Below, in pieces: positions 26,961 to 39,970 of a stretch of 64,000 nucleotides of DNA. This DNA is from Vicugna vicugna. Taxonomy: Eukaryota. The notes below the pieces were generated by a model. It was not told the DNA's origin. It was given only the letters and a program-made list of their open reading frames with translations, and ran no database searches. Made by a program: the position numbers and the translations under genes. The stretch lies in contig MU058844.1 of NCBI GenBank assembly GCA_013265495.1, forward strand, positions 10,996,184 through 11,060,183, in the 5' to 3' direction. Every line of letters starts with the position of its first letter. The stretch's first letter is position 1.

Positions 26961-28119
26961 TTCCTATTGTTATTGTTTTTCAGATTTCTAGGAGATGGGA
27001 TTTCCTCCCATCCTCCAATCCATTTAAGGCAACAGTGAAGTGTACATGCTTACTTATGAGCAATGAAGTTAGAAGAGACTTAATCCATCTTGTAAGAACT
27101 TATTTACACATAGTCTTCTGTCTTGCAAGTGTTGATCTCAGACTGTAAGCTTCTAGGAGATGAATAATTTTTAGAGAATGTGCACTTAAATATTTTTTGT
27201 CACTAATATTTAATTTATATTACTCTTTAAGAGAAATCTAATTCCAGTGCTAAAAATATGAGCACTGATGCGTTTGTTTTTCAGGAAGAAAGTGGAGCCA
27301 TCCACGTGTTGTAAAAATACATAAAGACAGTGGAGCCATCCTTTTTGGTTTCCCTTCCAGCTCTTTCTCTCAAGAACATTTTGGTTTGACGGTACTGCTA
27401 ATGATTTTATAGCCAACTGATAAGGAAAAAACATCAGGGCTGTATCAGAATTAGATAAAAAGAAATTAACCACTTGGCTTTTTAAGATGGAAAGCAAGCA
27501 TTTTAAATAAAGAGAATCTAGCAGTGAAAGAAGAAAAGAAAATGAATACAGATGGAAGTCACATCAAGTCTTCGTCTCTGGGGCAGAGAGTAAAAGCCCC
27601 ATGATTGAACTACAATACTTCATAATTTCCAAAGAAAAGAAAGACCTAGCAGTATTCAATGTGGCTTTACAAAAGCCTTTTCTTAAACTTATGGCTAAGA
27701 AAATATTGAAAATGAAAAGGAGGACAGCGACTCAAAAAGTAATATACAGTGTCAGGCTGCGGAAGTTAGGAAAGAAAATAATGTTTAGGTGAACCTACCT
27801 CAAGGGTAAAATAAAAGCAGTTTGAGCTAATGTTAGCCAAAGGTCTCAGAGAAAACAAACGATAGATTTCCAAACACTCTCTCATACAAGGAATATACTG
27901 TGGTGAAAACAAGTTCCTAACAAAGCAGAGCAAAACTAAATTTTATATTTTTTCCCTTTAAAATCAGAGGGAGAATTTCTGTTTAACGAGATATATAAGA
28001 GAATGATAGTTCAACATCTTTCTTCAGTGTATGTGGGGAAAAAAAAAAAGAAGTGTGTACGGAGAAATTTACTTGCCAAAAGCCATAGAGTTAGTTAAGG
28101 TAGGGTAGGGCATTATTAA

Positions 28120-29490
28120 GATAAGGAAGATCTTTCCTATTTCTGGTTTACTTTTTAATTTTTTAAAATTATGTACAGATGTTGAATTTTGTCTAGGTTT
28201 TTATTTGTTTTTTTGCATCTACTAAGAAGGCAATTTTCTCAGTTTGTTAATGTGGTGACTTATATTAGTATGTATTTTAATACAGAATTAACTTGGCACC
28301 TATGATAAAAATTAACTCTCATATAAATTTATCTTTAAAATAAATTATCGCATCTGCTTTGATGATATTCTGTTAAGATGTCTGCATTGCTATTGTTGAC
28401 TAAGATTTCACTGTAATTTTCCTCTTGAACTATCCTTGCTCATTTTGATTCAAGGTTACTGTAGCATCAAATAACATGTATTGGGTCTGTGTTCTTTTTA
28501 CTGTGTAGCAAAAAAAAATTCACGTAATTTATAGATAGCTCGTTTTATGCCCTGTATACAAAATCTTTGCTTAAAGTTATTTTTTAATTTATTTATTTAA
28601 TCATTTTCTTTTTTTTTTTAATTTATCCTTTTTTTGATTGAAGTATGGTCAGTTTACAATGTTGTGTCAGTTTCTGGTGTACTACTCTAAAGTTATGAAG
28701 ACAGTTTCCTAAGCTTTCAGCTAAAATACTTGCTTGTTACTTTCAAAATTTAAATAGGCAATCCATCTGGAATTGATTTCTATGAATGATGTTAGACTGG
28801 GGGGGTCAAGATTTATTTTTATTTTCCATGTGGATAGCTGGTTGGTTTCAAGTTATTATTTTTACTACTTTTTATTTATTATAGAACATATACCATTTAC
28901 TTACTACAATCTCATACACACTTTTCTATTTACCACTTTCTCAATAATGCTATAAGTTAGGAACATGTAATTCCATTTATTCCCATGCCACCATTAGCAT
29001 AAATCTGGCAATTTAAATTATACAAATATTTAAATCTACATTATTATCCTTAGTTTTACACAATATTCATTTATCTTTACCTACAAACTTTTGTTGTTCT
29101 TTTTCATTGTTTCTTTTTTTTTTTTTAATCTGCTTTTATCTGGATTTGGTTTCCTCCACTTGAAAAACATCTTACAACATTACAGCTTGTGGTACAAATA
29201 AGCTATTCACAAATTATCTGAGCTTTAGTTTGTTTTAAAATATCTTCATCTTAATTTTTGAAGTATATTTCACCAGAACATAGAATTATAGGCTGATAAT
29301 ATGTGTATATTTTCTTTCCTCCAGAACCTCAGAAACATCATTCCACTATCTTCTAGTTTGCATTGGTTTTGATGAGACATGAGTGATATATTTTGTACAT
29401 ATAAAACATGTTCATTTTTTCTGCTTTTAGAATTTTCATTTTTTTAAACAATTTCAGTATGATTTGTTTGATTTCAGTTTTCTTTGTGTT
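28120..29490 (-). mobile_element. Old L1M fragments (antisense)
   Basis: T-rich decayed ORF2-like sequence, e.g. gatgttgaattttgtc and cattccactatcttctag. Confidence 0.65.
28581..28687 (-). mobile_element. Very short young L1 3' stub with 9-bp TSD
   Basis: Poly-T tail followed by attgaagtatggtcagtttacaatgttgtgtcagtttctggtgtac. taaagttat occurs at 28572-28580 and 28688-28696. Confidence 0.8.
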
Positions 29491-29492
29491 TA

Positions 29493-29652
29493 TCTTATTG
29501 GAATCCAGGCACACCCATGTGTTTATGTATTGTCCATGGCTGCTTCCACACTACAATAGCAGAGATAAGCATTTGGTACTCACAGAAGTTGTATGATCTT
29601 CAAAGCTTAGAATGTTTGCTGTCTAGTGTACAAAGAAGTTTGCTGATTCCTG
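29493..29652. mobile_element. MER58-like hAT-Charlie element
   Basis: ttattggaa...cacacccat...atggctgcttccacactacaatagcagag...aagtttgctgattcctg. Confidence 0.8.
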
Positions 29653-29689
29653 GCTTAGGCAAGTATGTGGACCTGAATGAAGTCAGAAC

Positions 29690-30060
29690 AATGAAATGTG
29701 TAAGTTGGGACTCATTTGGGAGATGTTCAAAAGATACATTTAAAAGTCTTCCAGGTTTGAGGTAGGAGGTGATGGAGAGGGAGAAATTTAGACAAGAGAC
29801 GAGATTTCTGAGTTGGTTAACTGAATAATTATTAGAGTCATCGACTAGAGAGCAAATAAAGAAAAAGTATGTTTTAAAAAGAATGTAGTTCCAAGTGGGG
29901 TTTTAGAGTTTAAGGTGCCTATGGAAAAGAGATAGGGTGATGTGACTTAGATCAATAATACCTAGGTCTGGGAATTTGGTCAAGGTTAGAGAGAACAATT
30001 TGGGGATTGTTACTGTTAATTTGTGATTGGATTCATAGAGAGAAGAAAGAAAGAACACTC
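29690..30060 (-). mobile_element. L2 remnant
   Basis: gagtttaaggtgcctatgg...ggtctgggaattt, antisense L2 pattern. Confidence 0.55.
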
Positions 30061-32279
30061 TTGCCATTTATATTATTTTTCTAGCATAAGCTTTTTAACA
30101 AGGGAATAAGCGAGCATACTGGTATCTCAACAACTTTAACCCTGCTTAAAATGTTCCTTAGATCTGAATTTCATATAAAGAATACCATGAAGAGATACCT
30201 TAACTTACAACAAACGAATAATAAAATAAAGTTTATTTGTAAGGCAACTGTTTGGAATTTATATACATTTGAATGGAAACACTGTCAAAATACTCCTCTA
30301 GAGAATTCATAAAACCCTGCATGAGCTATTATACAAGGTTTGGTAGTAATAATCTCATGTTGAGCATCCCTAACCACCACTTCTAATGTTGTTTCTATAG
30401 GAGAAAAACATCAATACTGTATTTCAGAATGTTAAAAAAAGATCTTTTTAAAATTAGCGCATTTTATAATGGCAATACGTTGTTTTTTAAGGAGTATTTT
30501 ACCCATATCATCTTAATCTTCTAGTTCTCTGATGTCATTTCCATTGTTCCCACTTAACAGAGGATGAATGAAGGTCAGGTTGTTTAAAGGGCTTGCGGTT
30601 AAGGGGAGTAAGCAGTATAACCTAATTCTACCAATGCTACGTCTTTTGTTTTACCCATTCTCCCTCTTTACTGTCTGCAATGGTAGTGGCAGAGCACACA
30701 TCGATGCCAGGAAAATACAGAAGGGAGTACCCGGGGCTAAGTTTAGGGTATGCCAATAAACATGAACAAAACTTGGAGCAACCAAGCAAAGGTGGTCATT
30801 TTAATTCAATGACGAGAGTTAAGTTTTTTTCCCAAGAGGCAAAAGAACCATGATGGTGTTGGGTTAAAGAGTAAGAATTTAACATTAGTGGTGTTAAGAT
30901 GAGCAGATGGGGAGCAGATTCTGTGCGTATCATAACGCATCAGAGGACTTTAGAATTGATTAGGAGAAGCTCAGTGAAAAAGAATACGGACTGCTTTGAA
31001 AACAGGTAGCAAAGAGCCAGTAGAGAATGGTAATTTAATCAAGCTTGAATTGACCTAAATTTTGGGAAATTAACTTTGCTGTGCTGCCTATTCCTAAGGC
31101 TACAAGATGGATATTTGCTCACAGGAGAGGGACTAATAAAAATTAAAGTATATGTACTTGAGATTTCGATGATTTGACATTGTTTGAAGTTCTTAACTCT
31201 CTTATCATGAATATTTATGTTAGTCATGCCAAAACATTCAGCCTCATTTTAATAAAAGACCTAAGAAAGCTGCATCTTGCAGGCACATAATTTAAACAAT
31301 CTACTCAATCATTATTGCTTATTTTATTATTTTCAAAATGTCTCCATTTCTTCCTGCTTAACTATGGGTTTCTCAGCTGAATGATCCATGTGTTCATACT
31401 TTCAACTTAAACTGCAGCGTTTTGCAAACATTAAAAAATTGAACTGCAATTTTTATTTAATTTCAATTAGAATAAACATTCAATTCTCTAATGTGTAAGA
31501 TTTTAAGTTTTATATGGTACTTTAAAATTTTTGTTGCGTTTTATCTGTTGGCAAAGCACATACTGAATCATGCTAAAATTAAAATGATTAAGCAGTCTAT
31601 ATTGTTAATATCCCCAGAAACTGACAGACATTTAACTTTCAAATATAAAATAATTTACAGCTTAATTATAGTAATTTTCTTTAAATAACTCTCTTAAGCA
31701 AGTATTTCTTTTAAAACTGCCTCAAGCCTCAATTCTGTTGTTTTTCAAGTAACCAATTATAAGATAGAAACTCATTTCATATCCTTTCTTCTTTGAAAAT
31801 ATCTTCCTTCTGAATGCCTCACAATATTTTTTTGCTGTTCGCTTTTTTGCAAAGTTGTTAAAGCTTTAAGTTTTTTATCCTTTATAATTACAAGCTTAAG
31901 GCTTAATAGATGTTTAACACATGAAGCTTATGGAGAAATTTATGGAAAGTTATTGCCTGTCTATTTATTATTTCTGTAAGTCTGTAGCCAAAGGTTTGGT
32001 TGTGGGTCTGAGCACTACTGAGAAGAAGAGCTGGACATGGAACAGACAGATGCAAGAAGAGCTAAACGCTTACATGTAATTTGCCAGATTCTATCTGGTA
32101 CCATGTCTGAGGCACGAGGGCCTTCACTGAACAATAGCTACAGCTTCACTTTTATCGTTCAAACGTCATACAAGTTATCTCTGGACAACCCTATTTTGGC
32201 ATTATACATAGAAGATGATTTTGGAAAACAGACCTCTTATCTAACCACACCAACACAAAAACATATGAGACATATATAT

Positions 32280-33640
32280 GAAATAACAAATTCAACGTTA
32301 TCACTTACAAATTATATATTTCCATGTGCAGAAAATATAAAGGATCTACAAACATAGTCTTAGAATGAATTTACCAAGTGTTCTAAATGGTCAATATACA
32401 AAAAGAATTATAATATCTATTAGAAACAAATAATTAGAAGTGATATTTAGTATTACATCATGTACAATAACAACAAGGGATATTAAATACCTAGAAATGA
32501 ATCTAATAAAATATGGTTATGAAATCTATGTTAAATATTATAAATAAAGCTGAGAGAAATTTAAGAAAATAAATAAACGAAAAATACCATATTCTTATAT
32601 TTTAAGAGTAAATAATAAGTCAAAATTTCTGATATTAATTTATAGATCCCGTTCAATTGCAATTATAATGTAAATTGAGAAGCTACTAAAAATTTATATG
32701 ACACTGTAAAGGTTTTATAGTTTCCGTGAAATTCTCAAAGAAGTTCAACAGAATTAAAAGTCTTACACTATTAGATAGTGAAACTTACTATAAAGGTTTA
32801 TATTCATAACTGTGTGTTACTGGTACAAGAATAAACAAATAGTTCAATGAATCTGAAAGCAGAGTCTAAGAACACTCCCACATATATATAGTTACCTGAT
32901 CTGTAACAAAGGTACTTCTATAATTCAGTGGGGAAAGGACTTATTTTCAACAAATATGCTAAGCCAATTGGATATATGTATCCAATTGCATAATGGAAAT
33001 AGGTCAGAGATCTAAACGTGACAGCAGAAACGATAAAGCTTCTGTAATAGAGTATAGGAGAACATCTTCATCAGCCTGAGGTAGGCAAAGAATTCTTAAA
33101 TAAAACCCAGAAATAGCTAGCCATTAATGGAAGGACTGACATAATGGACTTCATTAAATTAAGAACTTCTCATCATCAAAAGACACCATTAAAACTGAAA
33201 AAGCAGATCACTAATTGAGAGAAGCCATTTGTAATGCATGTATCTGACAAAGGATTTAACTCCAGAATGCTTACAGAGTTCCTAACTTCCTAGAACAAGC
33301 TAGGAACTATAAAACAAAATACTGACAAATTAAACTTTATCGTTATTAAAAATCTCTTCAAAAGAAACTTAAGAAACTTGACAAACTACATATTCAGAAA
33401 ACTTATTCATAAACATGTATCGGATTTGTATCCAGGATATATTAACAACTCCTAACAACACAATAATCAAAAGTCAGCTCAATAATTTTAAAAATGGAGG
33501 TCAGAATTCAACATATGCTTCACATAAGATAAATGTATGAATGGCTAATAAGTACATGAAAAAGTGCTTAGATCATTCATCTTCAGAAAATTTCTAATTA
33601 AAACCACTCTAAATATTTCCACAAAACCTTACAACAAAGA
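32280..33640 (+). mobile_element. Old L1M ORF2 3' fragments (at least two pieces)
   Basis: A-rich decayed ORF2, e.g. attcagtggggaaaggac...ttttcaacaaat and ggagaacatcttcat. Confidence 0.75.
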
Positions 33641-33654
33641 GAAGTGCAAGACAA

Positions 33655-36335
33655 GATCACTTTAATGGTTAATTCTTCTGTAAAAAGTTTGGTAAAATTA
33701 TCTCAAATCCTTCTCAAACTCTTCCAAAAATCAGAAGAGGAGGAAATACTTTCTTCACACATTCCATGAGGCTAGCCTGACAAAAAGCTAAAGACATCAT
33801 CAGAAAAGTACTGACCAATATTCCTTATGAACACAGATGCAAAAATACTACATAATATACTAGCAAACTGAATCCAATAGCCTATTTAAAGGATTATACA
33901 CCAAGACCAAATGGAATTTGTTCCAGGAATGGATGAGTGGTGAGGAATACAAAAATCAGTAATAATATTCCCAATTAATGAAGGAAGGTTAAAACAAACA
34001 CACAAACACATGGTGTCCTCAATTAAAGCACAAAAAGCATTTTACAAAATCCAACCCCATTTCATGATAGTAACATTCAACAAACCAAGAATGAAAGGGC
34101 GTTTGCCCAAAAAGATAAAGGGCATTATGAATAACCCACATCTAACATCATTCTCAGTGGTGAAATACTGAAAGCTTTCCCTTTAAGATCAGGAAAAAGA
34201 AAAAAATGATTCCACTTTTGGACTTCTAATCAACACTGTACTGGAAGTTATAGCCAGAGCAAGTAGGCAAGAAAAAACACAAAAGGCATCCAAATTGAAA
34301 TAGGAGAAGAAACTAAAATTATATTCTCAGATGACAGGATCTTACATATGTAAAATCCTAAAGAATCCACAATACAACTATTAGAGGAATAAACAAATTC
34401 AGGAAAAGTTGCAGAATACAACATCAACACACAAATATTATTTGTATTTCTAAACATTATCAATGAACAATCCATTTAGCAAAAATTCCATTTATAACAA
34501 CATCAAAAATAATAAAATATTCTTGAAACCATATTCAATGTCTTATAACTGTTAATGGAAAAGGATCTGAAAAAAATATATCTGAATCACTTTGCTGTAC
34601 ATCTGATACCAACACAATACTGTAAATCAACTATACTTCAATGATAAACAAAATTATAAAAGAATTAAAAAAATTAGGAATAATTTAACAAAGAAAATAG
34701 AAAACTTGTATATCGAAAACTATAAAACACTGCTGAAAGAAATTAGAAAAGACTTAACTAATTGGAAAGACATCTCATGTTCCTGAATTGGAAGACTTCA
34801 TTTCATTAAAATGGCAATACTCTCCAAAGTTATCTACAGAATTAATGAAATCTCTATCTTTTGCAGAAAGGGAAATCTGACCCTAAAATTAATATGAAAT
34901 TGCCAAGAACCCCGAAGAGCCAAAACAATAACAGAAAAATGGAAAACTTAAATATCCTGATTGCAAAACTAACTAAAGAGCTGCAGTAATCAAAACAGTG
35001 GCAGTGCATAAGGATAGACATATAACCCAATGAAACAGCTGTGACAGGACACAAGGAAGTCAAACATCTATGGCCAACTAATTTTTGACAAGGGTGCCAA
35101 GATCATTTAATGAGGGAAAGGACAATCTTTTCAATAAATGGTGCCGGGACAACTGAATAGCCATGTGCAAAAAAATGAAATTGTGTCCCATCTCACACCA
35201 TATATAAAAATTAACTAAAAATCTTTCAGAGGCCTGAACTTAAGAGCTAAAACTCTTAAAAGAAAACAAGTACATCTTTCTGACCTTGGGTTTGGCTATG
35301 ATTTCTTAGATATGACAGAAATAGCACAAGCAACAAAAGATAATTAACCGACTTCATCAACACTTAAAGCTTCTGTGCATTAAAAGACACTATCAACAGA
35401 GTTAAGACAACCTAAAATTGGTAGAAAATATCTGCAAACTATTTATCTGACCAGGGCATTTAGTATCAAAATATTTAAGCAGCATCTGCAACTCACCAAC
35501 AAAAAGACTTACAACCCAATCAAAATCTGGGCCAAAGAATTCAATAGACATTTTCCCCAAGAAGATACACAAATTGCCAAAAAACACATGGAAAGTGCTC
35601 AATATCATTAGTTGTTTGGGAAATTAAAAACCACAGTGTCATACCATTTCATACCTGTGAGGATGATTATAATAAGTTTATAAAAAGTGAAATAAATGTT
35701 GGCAAGAGTACTGAAAAATTTTAACCTTTATACACTTTGGCAGTTCCTTGGTAAGTAAAACAGAATAGCCATAGGACCTAGCAATTCCACGATTAGATAT
35801 ATATTCAAAAGACCTGAACACAGATACTCAAACACACATTTGCAAAGAAATATTCACAGTAACATTATTTGCTATAACCAAAACGTGGATTACAAGCCAA
35901 AAGTCCATCAGCTGATGAATGGGAATACCGCACATGCCCTCAATGGAATACTGCTCATCCATGAGAAGTGTTGAAGTACTGATACACGCCACAACATAAA
36001 CAAACCTGGAATACATTACACTAAGTGAAAGAAACCCTGAAGAAAATGCCACATATTACTCCATTTATATGAAATATCCACAATAGTTAAATCCACAGAG
36101 ATCCAATGCATGTTATTCATTGCCAAAGGCTGAGGAGAGGGATGAATGGACAGTTACTGCTTAATAGGTACAGGGTTTTCCTTTTGGAGGGATGAAAAAA
36201 CTTCCTGGAACTAGAGAGTGGAAACAACTGAATAATATGGTGAAGCATTAAATGCCACTGAACTGTACTCTCTAAATGCTCAAAATGGTGAATTTTATGT
36301 TGTATGTTGTATACATTTTCCCACAATTTAGAAAT
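33655..36335 (+). mobile_element. 5'-truncated L1 (L1MB-like): decayed RT region through 3'UTR
   Basis: aatccttctcaaactcttccaaaaa, aaagctttccctttaagatcagga, ttctcagatgacaggatc (decayed FADD motif), and 3' end aatgccactgaactgtac...aaaatggtgaattttatg. Confidence 0.92.
34528..34672 (+). mobile_element. Younger artiodactyl L1 3' stub nested in the L1MB-like copy
   Basis: ctgaatcactttgctgtaca...tgtaaatcaactatacttcaat interrupts the host ORF2, which resumes at ttaggaataatttaac. Confidence 0.85.
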
Positions 36336-37864
36336 CAGTGGGGAAAAAAGACAGATGATCCCATGTGCCCAGAAGGAGAGAGAGAGAGAAGAGCATAACA
36401 CTTTATGTTCTATGTGTTAACAGTGTCACCTTTGATGGCCATGTGTCGTATGGTTAAGAGGGATCAAAAGGACAGTTGTGAGACTTCTGAAATGTGTATT
36501 CTAATTGAATAGTAATGGAGTGCTGGACTGAAGTTTCTTCAGTAAGGAAGCTGTTGCAGCTCAGCATCTATATAGGAAATTTACTCAATCCTCATTTTTA
36601 TACGTAATCTAAGTTCTGTGACCCCCTAGTTAAATCTGAGATATTTTCAGGACACATGTTTCACAGTTCAGATGCCCCTGCTCAATGACTTATCAGTGTA
36701 TCCTGTCAGCCTCCACAATATTAAAGAAATGAACTCTGAGGAAGAACTATGAGGTCTTTTTATTTTGCTTTGGTTTATGTGTGTTTCTTTTGCATTATAA
36801 CCCCGTCCCTTTAGCTTCTTCCTACAACCCTTTAATCACACAGAGTCCTCTAAATTTTCCATGTGCCTTCAAAATTGTGATGTCCAGCACCTGTACAAGC
36901 TCTGACTACAGATATGTAGCTCTTAAATCCAAGTAAGTTTAGAACATCTGCTTCTGGGCTATTTTAAAGTTATTTTTGACTTCAACAATTGCAAACCCTC
37001 TGGATTTACAGATTTCAGCTTTACAGGAGTATACAGATGAGATATTTTGTATTTGTGAGAGTCAGGAAAAGATGGAGCAACCCATGTACGCCAGTTTCCC
37101 TGCATAACTACAAGTTCATTTTTAAAGCCAATGCTATACTTCTCTATAGTGTTTCAAAACACATATTAATGCCTGTACCAAAGGGATTCCACTGCTCTCA
37201 AACATGTATCACTGCAGGCATTCACTTCTATTGCTTTCATTCCAATGGATTTTAGGAAGTTTTCTAATTCAAACTGATTAGGAAAGCCTTTTCTACTGTA
37301 AGATGTTCAGGCATGTTCTTTAACAAGTTCTTTATTCTTTATACATCAGAAAACCTTCTATTACTTAAATATTGATAAAAATTTTCATTTCTTCACTGCG
37401 CATTTCACAGTAATGTCTTTCCTATATGTTTCAGAGTTTTTTAAATGACAGAGATAACATGATTAACTTATATTTCCACCTCATATCATACAAAATTCTT
37501 CATGGTTACGATACTTCAAACTGTGCACTTTTTATTTACGCTCCCAAATGAACAGACTTCCAGTATTTAATCATCTAGGAACAAAACCAAAATTACAACT
37601 TAGTGAGCATCATTAAGTGATGACCAGGCACATGTAATACTTTATTCCACTTAATAAAATATCAGTATAACCTAAAGTGGAAGATACTGATACTTTTAAA
37701 TTATTTAAAAATTATAAGAATAGGATAACAAAGCCATAGTCTTTGAATAAGTATTTTATTTCAACATGGAAAACTTCACTTATAATCAAAAGATATAATT
37801 TTAAGGAACTGGTATCAATTGGTAAAATCTAAAGTACAACAATTAAAATTCCCTTGTTAATTCC

Positions 37865-38080
37865 AAATTTAACAGATACACATTACTATAGATAAAACAG
37901 ATAAACAACAAGGACCTACTGCATAGCACAGGGCACTATATTCAATTTCTTGTAATAACAGAATGGAAAAGAATCTGAGAAGAAAAAATATACATGTATG
38001 CACATGTTGAACTGAATTGCTTTGCTGTACACCTGAAACTAACATTGTAAATCAACTATACTTCAATAAAAATTTTTAAA
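37865..38080 (+). mobile_element. Artiodactyl L1 3' end
   Basis: aacaaggacctactgcatagcacaggg...gctgtacacctgaaactaac...tatacttcaataaaa. Degenerate TSD aattaaaattccct (37841) / aattaaagtccct (38081). Confidence 0.9.
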
Positions 38081-38779
38081 AATTAAAGTCCCTAGATACA
38101 CTGGTTCTTCTATTTAGAATTAAAAAAAGACACTGATTAAGTTGCAGTGCAAGGTGAGGAAAGGAACTAGGTTAGAAAAGTTTAAGAAGTTTTTTTCAGT
38201 AAGAATAGTAGTAGTGGAAACATTTCAGTCAAATATAAATAATGTAATTTTGGTTTTCAAGGCATACAGCACTCTAGACAGTTCAATAAAAGATTAAATG
38301 GGTGCAATACAGGGAAAATAAAGTAATTCCATATAGCAATTGGAATAACTAATTAATCTCATAAAGTATTTTGGTTTTCTCTAAAATATTTTAACCAAAG
38401 CTATTTAGACAGTTTAAGTTATTTAAAAATTGCATAAATAATCAAACAAAATGATATCTCATGAAATCAAGACTATGTCCCCCTCTATGTGTAAAAGAAG
38501 GAATTCCCTTGAAGATAATGAAAAACATTCCTCTGATCATGAAGACAACCTTTCAAGGAATGAAAATGAACAGACTTGAATGTCAATAAAGTTTTAAGGC
38601 CATATCAACAAAGACAGAATAAATTTCAAGGATAGAATTCTGAACCCCAGAATTTTATTGTTAAGTTTGATACTTTTAAGAATTAACTCAGAAAATGTCA
38701 CAATGTGGTAATAATAATTTTCTAAAATTATCCAGAATTAAAAATAAGCAAGAAGTTAAGTGAAATGTTAATTCATAAC

Positions 38780-39390
38780 ATCTAAGAAAACTGAAATCAC
38801 ATCAAGCATCTTTTTCAATCACAACAGTATAAACCTTTCAATTACAAGAAGAAAAAATAGAAAATTCACACATATGTGAAAATTAAACAACATTCCACTG
38901 AACAACCAATGGGTCATAGAAGAAAAGAAATGAGAAGTTAAAAAAAAAATCTTGAGACAAATCAAAGTGGAAATACAATGTACCCAAACTTACGGGATGT
39001 AGCAAAAGCAGTTTTAAGGAAGCTCAGAGCAAATAAATGCCTTTGTGAAGAAACAGGAACGAGCTCATATAAACAACCTAACTTCACACCTCAAGAAACT
39101 AGATAAAGAAGAAAAAACGAAGCCCAGAGTTAGTCAAAAGAAGAAAATAATAGAAATTATAGTGGAAATAAAATAGAGACTAAAAAGGTAATGAAATTAA
39201 AAGCTGTTCCTTTAAAAAAGAACAAACAAACCTTTAGCAAGATTCACCAAGATAAAAAAAGAGAAAGGACTCAAATAAGTAAAACTCAGAACTGAAAGAG
39301 GAAATGTTAAAACTGATAGCACAGAAACACAAAGGATCATAAGAGACTACTATGAACAGTAAAATGCCAATAAATTCAACAAGTTCTTAG
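38780..39390 (+). mobile_element. Isolated internal L1 ORF2 fragment (end of endonuclease domain plus linker)
   Basis: gaaatcacatcaagcatcttt...gaacaaccaatgggtca...gactactatgaaca. Confidence 0.9.
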
Positions 39391-39789
39391 GTTCTTCTGT
39401 GCAAGTGTAAGTAGTGTCATTTGTTATTACTAGGAAGAATTGTACTTTTTGTGCTTGTTCGGTTTTCTTTATACTTATGAGAGAGCTAATAAAATGTTTT
39501 TAAGGAGAAAATTTCTGTACTCCTAAAATTCTTTCAAATGAATAATCTTTGACTTTCCATTACATGCAATGTATTCTAAGAAAATACTTTGATGTGTGTA
39601 AGGATACACCTATAATGATACGCATTACAGATATTATCTTTAATAGTGAAAAATTGGCAGTGCTATAAAAGTCTATCAAAATAGAGTTGGTTAAATAGTC
39701 TGGTACATCTACACTTCACAAAATATACAGCTGGAGTATAAAACACAATTACAAGATTTTATATTATACTATGTTACATAAAATATTAT

Positions 39790-39970
39790 GTATTGGTTGC
39801 TTTACAACAGCTGTATGAGGTATGGTGCTATTATTTTCCAATACAGAAATGACTTTCAACAGAGTTAAGCAATTTGTTGTGTGTTCCGTAACAACTAAGT
39901 GGCAGCCCACGATCACAAAGTGAGATACTCTGAATCTAGGGACAATGCTTTTGATCACTAGGCTACTTAC
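39790..39970 (-). mobile_element. MIR inside old L1ME-like sequence (about 39560-40450)
   Basis: tatgaggtatggtgctattattttcca...gagttaagcaatttg...ctctgaatctag. Confidence 0.65.
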
